From the human T2T-CHM13v2.0 reference genome, Homo sapiens, in assembly GCF_009914755.1 (NCBI RefSeq), contig NC_060935.1: DNA of 64,000 nt. One strand, given 5' to 3'. Under the pieces are notes generated by a model. That model was not told the DNA's origin. It did no database searches and saw only the letters and a list, made by a program, of their open reading frames with translations. Positions 55,950-64,000 of this stretch are shown piece after piece. Numbering within the stretch: position 1 is the stretch's first letter; each line of letters starts with the position of its first letter. The position numbers and the translations under genes were made by a program.

Positions 55950-56310
55950 TCTGTTTAATATATTGTTCTGTATGATTTTATAATAAACAGATTACTCCTT
56001 GAACAGGAATTAAGAATAAAGCTGCCAGGAAGGGGTTTTGTTGTCAGAGTAGTTCCCGCCTCATGTTTTGTAAGAGATTTCATGGTCCCATTGTAAAGAG
56101 TAGATGATTTAAAACGTGTTCCCAAGATAAACTTTCCCATTGTCATTAATGAGGATGGATAATACTGAGTGACAAGTGCATTAGGAATGACACAGAAAGA
56201 GCTGTTAGATTTGTCAGAGCGTATCACTTCAGGCATTGACACTTGAGGACATTCTTTTTGTGGATATTTGGTTGGGGGGGGAGTCTGATTTAAAGATACC
56301 AAAGTTTGTG
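55950..56310. promoter_or_regulatory. SIMO enhancer of PAX6 (lens/diencephalon/hindbrain; autoregulatory)
   Basis: About 14.2 kb into the intron after exon 9, matching the recalled SIMO position. Six TGACA (MEIS) cores at 56041, 56140, 56170, 56188, 56211 and 56237. PAX6 paired-domain-like ACTTCAGGCATTGAC at 56226-56240. Two TCCCATTGT SOX sites. Confidence 0.85.
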
Positions 56311-57470
56311 TTTGCTAATAGAATAATGTATTTTACAATTTATAAATATATATTTTTCAGTGTTTAGAAAATATTTGGAAAGTTATTTAGATTAGGTTCT
56401 TCCACATTTTAAATTCATGCTTTTATTATAACCTGATTTCTTCCTGAGAAAGTCATCAAACTGTAAGACATTTGAATATTAAAATAGTCCCATAAAACTA
56501 AATTCTTCTTCTAAAAAGTCTTATTTCTGGAAATATGCAGCTGAAGGAAAGATACTAAAAATTAAACAAATTTTTAAAAAACATTTTGCTATCTTACTCC
56601 TGTATCTAAAAGGGTACTCCTTACTATGCATCACCTTGAGAATAAAGGTTTTGAAATAAGAAAATACATGTAATTTTATTGTCTCTTTGAAAATACATTA
56701 CAGAAACATGTTTTAAATATTAATCAATACGCAATTAATAATGTGTGACTTTTCTGGTATTTAAAGTATTTCCAAGCTGTAGTATGCATCTCAATTTCGA
56801 TTTTGAACATGCAATTGGTCACTTTTTTGCTTTGATTCATCTTTTATGCTGCCAACCAAATTTTGCCTCTGTATACCTTTTTGACACTAATAATGACTGA
56901 GTCTCTGTTCATTTGAGTTCAAGATTTCCCAAGCGGCAGTTTGGAGCTGGGATAAACTATCTATCATGATTGCATACCACTAATCTGTCTCAACCAAACC
57001 ACCCTATGACTGAAATTATACTTGACAGTTTACCTCTTCTTGATGAGCCTGAGGTGAACATAGCTACAGACCATCCCTGGGAGGACATGGCAACTACTCC
57101 ATATGCTAGGGAGGATCCTTTTATTTGTGACACAAGACTTAAACTATGCCTGTAGCAAAAGGGAAGTCTCTCTCCCTCTCGCTCTCTCTCTCTAGTATTT
57201 TTAATTTTCAGTAGTATTCCTTCTGTACTATGAAGCTTTTTTAACACAAATATGTTTGGTAAAACTTTCTACCATTACAAGTACTTCCTATAGGTTAGCT
57301 TCACCGTGTGTTTAAAAACTATAAAGTCATTTTTCAAAGTATTTATGCTTTCTAAAATATTATATTATTGATATACCATAATCATCATATATCAAAGATT
57401 CCTATTAGTATTTGACTCTTACCAGTTCTTGAAACATCTCAGTAAATTTTTATATTATAAAAATGTTTAA

Positions 57471-57781
<311 letters not shown>

Positions 57782-57798
57782 TAATTCTCTCACTTTAA

Positions 57799-58134
<336 letters not shown>

Positions 58135-58238
58135 CTTCAGATTCTTTAAATATTTTTAAAAATAGATTTGAAGAGAATAATAAACTGAACACTATAGCGG
58201 AAAACATTTTAATTGTTTTAATAAAGATTCCTTTTGTA

Positions 58239-58541
<303 letters not shown>

Positions 58542-60310
58542 TTATGTAGACTTAATTACCATTTTTACTATCTAGAGAAATGTAAAGTCTAGAGAAAAGT
58601 GGCTACCTAAGAAAATTAACTTACTATTTACTGCCTTTCATCTTTTTTGTGAAAATGGCTCTCCTTTGGAATTAGGAAATATCAACATTTTGAGATGATG
58701 TAAAAAGAGTGATTAAAAGACTTACTAATGCCCTGAAAAAAGAGAAATCTGAAGTAATTTTCAAAAATGTGTTAGTATGTGGAGGATTTAATAGTAAGGG
58801 TAGTTTTTACAACCAGCATGGAGGACCAAGTGAGCAACAGACAAATTGTAAAAGGAAAGATTGAGGTTATTTAAACAAAGGCTTTTGGATATTAAAATAC
58901 TTTATCATAGACCACATATAGATAAGTTTATTATAAAATGCAGTCTATTTGCATCTGTCCTGGCTTGTTGAAATGTGATCCCACCTGAAGATGTTTAGAT
59001 GGCCTGAGAAGGTTGGCCCATAGAGTCTGTTATATCATTGGAGCAAGCACTTAATAAGTTTATTTCTCATTATCCATTACTTTTAATTAAAGTTTATTAT
59101 TCCCTTGGAAAGATTCCTTTTAGTATAGGGAGTATTTTCTATAATCTTATGAAGCAGTAGTATAATCACTACTGCATTCTACACAAAGTTTTTCTAAAGC
59201 ACCTAATGTCAAATAACCATCAACTTTATTTTGGAAGTTTATGGAAATTAATCTCCTGACATCACAGAAGTGATTACTTAGTATAATGAGTGAAACATTC
59301 TTATATTTTTGGATGTAACATAATTTATTTTTAACAAACTTAATCTGCGTTAATTTTATTATTTTCTACGTTATTTTTATTTTAACTAATAGTTACCAGT
59401 GAGCCATGTAAGATTTAGGTAACACCATCTAAAATAAGCATCCTGAAGAACACTGTCAAAATGAAGTTTATATAATTCCACATTTCTAAAATTTCAACTA
59501 TAAAACTTCTACCGGTGAACTGCATAATATAATCTAGTGACATGTATTTCTGAATAAGAGGGAGTACTATGAAAGTAACTTAGTAAACTATATATATTCT
59601 TTATGCCAAAAGCAGTTAAATGAAAATGTCTAACTTATACACTGACTCGTGCTACGCAGACTGGATTTTGTGCTAAATTTTAACTTAGGCAATAAAATCT
59701 ATGATCCATTCATCTTATCATACTCCGTTACTCCTCCCAACTAATTATCTGATCATTAAGTCTACTTTTTTATTATAGGGTGCATCTGCATCATTTCTAA
59801 AATAAAATTGCTCCCATTTTTCCCACAAGCATTTATTTTCTAATCAGAAGAATTCATATAACACTGCTTTATAGTAAATATTCAAAAAAGTTTAAATGGT
59901 AATTATTGAATAGAGATTATCCAAAACAGTAGTTGCTTTATTTGGAAAGCAGAATTTGTTTTAAACTTAGAAAACAAGCAAATTAAAATGATGTTTTGTA
60001 TAATATTTAAATAATTATGCTTTTTGGTTTTGGTTTTAATATAAGTTTCTTTTCAACACTTTTTAATATACGTATATGCTTAAGCATGGTATATGATGAA
60101 TCTTATTTTTTAAGTGACAAAAAACAATTATCCTGAAAAATGCCTTAACACCATCACATGAGGCAAAATTATTATATTCCTCAGACTACTTTTTTATACT
60201 GCTCCTGTGACAGATTAACACTATTTTTAATAAAATGATTGGCAACACTCAAGTCATTTGTTTCATGCATCACAAAGGAATAATTATTTTCCAGTAATGT
60301 GTTGTAATTC

Positions 60311-60447
60311 TTTTTTTTTTTTTTTCCCCAAGAGACAAGGGCTGGCTATGTTGCCCAGGCTTGACTCAAACTCCTGGGCTCAAGCAATCCTCCTGCCTCA
60401 GCCTCCTGAGTAGCTGAAATTATAGGTGTTCGCCACCGCACCTAGCT
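60311..60447 (-). mobile_element. Alu monomer (FLAM-like), antisense
   Basis: Poly-T, then AGAGACAAGGG..TATGTTGCCCAGGC...CTCCTGGGCTCAAGCAATCC. Confidence 0.9.
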
Positions 60448-60496
60448 GTGATTCTCTTCTTTGCTTTAGATATCGGAATGAAATTTCCTTTGGTAC

Positions 60497-60498
<2 letters not shown>

Positions 60499-60541
<43 letters not shown>
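60499..60541. repeat. (TG)n microsatellite
   Basis: Direct reading. Confidence 0.97.
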
Positions 60542-60545
<4 letters not shown>

Positions 60546-60740
60546 ACCCTATAGAGAGAAAAATAAGAAATCTGTCAGATTTTTAATTTCCTGACCTAGG
60601 ATGAAGCTGTTTCTTATTTTGATATACATACTGAGTCAATTGAACTTACAAGGACTAATTATGTGAGGGTGAGATCAACCATAGCTGTTTATTAACTCAT
60701 TTAGTAAATATTTATGAAGGTGTTTTAGTTGAATTTTTAA

Positions 60741-61202
<462 letters not shown>

Positions 61203-62009
61203 ACGTCTTTTATAAATGCGAAAAATGCTCTCCCCTTTTCTGCAATAGATCAATCTTGCTCTTCATGTAGTCCTCCACTTAGATGTCACTTCCTTTAAAA
61301 TGATTTTTCTGATTCTTCAAGACCAGGTTAGATAGCCTACCTCTGTGCTCCCAGAGTAACTCATAAGTTATTGTAGCATCTACAACATTATTTTAATTTC
61401 CTGTTTCTTTGATGTCTGTCTTCACCATACCATAAACTAGTGGCAGAAACTGTCTTTTTCTTCCTCAGTCATTCACCCACAGCACCTTACACAGGATTTA
61501 GCACACAATAGATACGTATTAAACATATGTGGAATGAGTGGAAAACTAATGTTTAACTCTGCTAAATACCTGACTGCATGTTTAATTATTCCCGCTCTCT
61601 ATATGGGTCTAGGTTGTCTGTTTCATGGAGAAGCGTATTAGTAATCAGTCCTCCAAACCCAAACTAAACTGTTTAGATTTTCCCTAATTACCAAACTATA
61701 TATTGTCCTTAAGGATTTATACTTTATGCTTGGGATATGCCTCCATATCAACCTAGAATTGTTTTTCAAAATACCTTAACATCTAACTCAGTCTTTCCTT
61801 CTTAGTGAAGATCTTGCTAGCTCCTTCTTCACACAACTCATCCTTCCCTGCCAATATACTGACTTCCTTCTAAATATTTGGCATATGCAAAACTCGACTT
61901 TTTAATGATGAGTTTGTTACTTGATGCATTAAAACCCTATCAAATAATTTGATTTGAATTTAAATGCATTTTTTAGCTAATCTATATTATCTCTTCCTCT
62001 TGCCTTTAT

Positions 62010-62260
62010 AGACATATGGTAGTGATTCAGTATGGATACCTATCAGGATGACTAATTAAGGCCAAACCAACTGAGCATTTAAAATGTACCCTTCAAATTG
62101 AGGGGAGGTGCCAAGTTGATAACATGTTGATAACACTGGATAGTAATATCCCATGGGCTTACATATTCATTGTTCCTAGTCAATTGACATTTATATCTAT
62201 TATCACTTGACTGAAACATGATTAATTATTTTATGATAATTTGAATCATTGTTTAAAATT
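62010..62260. promoter_or_regulatory. Candidate enhancer block
   Basis: CTAATTAA 62052, SOX CATTGTT at 62168 and 62247, GTCAATTGAC palindrome 62179-62188, TGATTAATTA and GGATACCTATCA. Confidence 0.45.
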
Positions 62261-64000
62261 CAGTTTGCGAAGTGTTGTGTCCCTGTCATCTTTTACCATT
62301 CCTTTAGAAGATTTGCAGCCACTCTGCTACCCTTCTAACTGTTACATAATAAACCTCATTGTTTTCCAAGTAGGAGACTCCTTCTTTCTGTAAGAGTAAT
62401 AATTTTATGCTAGGGACATCAAAGATGAGGACAAAAATGTCACATTGTGATTCTGTCTCCATGACACTCCACAATAATACAAAGTGAAAATTTCAAGCAA
62501 AGGGAGGCTTTTGCGTTGCCCACAGTGTCAAAAGTCATGTTTCTCAGATTTTGTTCTCTAAATTGGGTATTAAAATAACCATTTTTATATTTTTTAGAAA
62601 AGTATAATTATTTCTTAAAATTTTATTTATAAAATATTTTCCCCAAGTCATTCTTTTTCATAAGGTTATTTTTTTCTAACCAAGAAATAGGAATTATAGT
62701 TCCTACTTTTTATTTACTGTTAACTATTTTAGTTGGAGATTTATTGCCTTAATCTATATGTAATATAATGTGTTTATCACTTAGGAAACATTAAAAAAAA
62801 GTGGGTTAGTTATTTTGTGTAATGCTGTAATAACATCATTCATCAGAATAATTATATAAAAGTAAATAGAGGTAAGGTAATACCTAATTTAGGATGCCTT
62901 TCAACTGTATAGTGCTTATAATTAAAGATTTCCGATAGAAACTAAAGGGCCTTAGTTTCCTTTCACATCAGCCTAATTTTCAAAATAAAACCATAAAATA
63001 AATCATAAAATGGTTTCTTTGCTTACACATTTATACGTTGAATCACAACTATCCACTTAGAAGTTTTTTGGACCAAAAAAATTGTTAAATTGTTAATGTG
63101 TAGAGCACAAAACTTAAAAGATCAATTTTGTAGCTCATTTGACATGGCAAGCTTGAGAGCAAAAATGATTTAACTACCCTAGTGCCATTAGAAAGTATTT
63201 AAGGTTTGCAAAGGGAAGTATGTGATTATTTCATATTACTTAAACCATTGAAAGAAAATATCACACATTATCAGTCATTAAAAGTAAACATCATGCATTA
63301 CACATAATATCAGAGATTTAAGACATTATAGATAAATAGCTTACTAAATTGAGACATAAGTAAGATTTTATGTCTTTATAAACAAGGTATTTTTCCACTT
63401 TCCTACTTTTTTCCAGTTGGACTGAAAGGCATACAACAAAAACCTCATCTAGCCTAGCCTAGCATCTAATAGCCCTCACAGATACATATGAGTATTTAGA
63501 TGGCAGACCACTAGACACAGATACCAAAACATGTATCCTCACAACAACCTTTATAATGGCACATTGAGCTCCCTGGTGAGTAAAGACTGCAGCATCTCAA
63601 GGTAGAAAATAAACAACAAGACTTATTTGCCAAGTGACTGTGAAAAGCACTTTTCATGCCTGACTCTGCTGCATACAGAATTCTGTGAACCTCTGAAGTA
63701 GCCATGTGACTTAAGGTTTAGCTGCTAGCAGCTAAAATAGGTCATCAAGCTCCAGGTCTGTTACAGTATTACGGTTCTCTTATTCCCATCAGGAACTTTG
63801 TTGTAAGCAGGAACTGGCTTTTGGCTGCTTAGTGTTCATTTTTGTTTTTCTGGGGGGAGCTTAGAAGGTCGATGAGGGGGCTGGGGCAGCAAGGCTGATG
63901 ACTAAATAGTCTGCTCTTCAACCCTGATATCTATTAGGGGTAGGAAAACCTCTGGATACCCCCTGTAAAGACACTCCCTGGCTTTTACCAGCTTACCATC

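Noticed and set aside
55955-56302. 115-aa minus-strand ORF over SIMO
   Set aside because: Starts at TTG, has no recognisable domain or splice context, and the sequence is explained by enhancer motifs.

Overview
This is human (or closely related great-ape) genomic DNA, AT-rich and mostly intronic. Four GT-AG coding exons on the + strand (18937-19021, 24049-24237, 39573-39681, 41947-42053) splice into one open frame that I recognise as ELP4 (Elongator subunit 4; recalled as exons 6-9, chr11p13). The rest is ELP4 intron, a region known to host the PAX6 downstream regulatory region (DRR). The SIMO lens/diencephalon enhancer is identifiable at about 55.95-56.3 kb (six MEIS TGACA cores plus a PAX6 paired-domain site). 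Several other motif-dense unique blocks and a forward CTCF site lie in a TE-poor stretch of about 20 kb. The left about 28 kb is TE-dense: a defective HERV-H/F-type gag-pro-pol fragment, plus L1, L2, MIR, Alu, MaLR LTRs, Tigger3 and MER3. I see no evidence of a wholly new biological system. The least-described observations are a 5'-truncated ERV with an L1-retroposition-like junction, closely spaced inverted Alu pairs, a small duplicated hairpin with a compensatory change, and candidate regulatory elements. Repeat subfamilies and enhancer names come from recall and eye-matching, not database searches.
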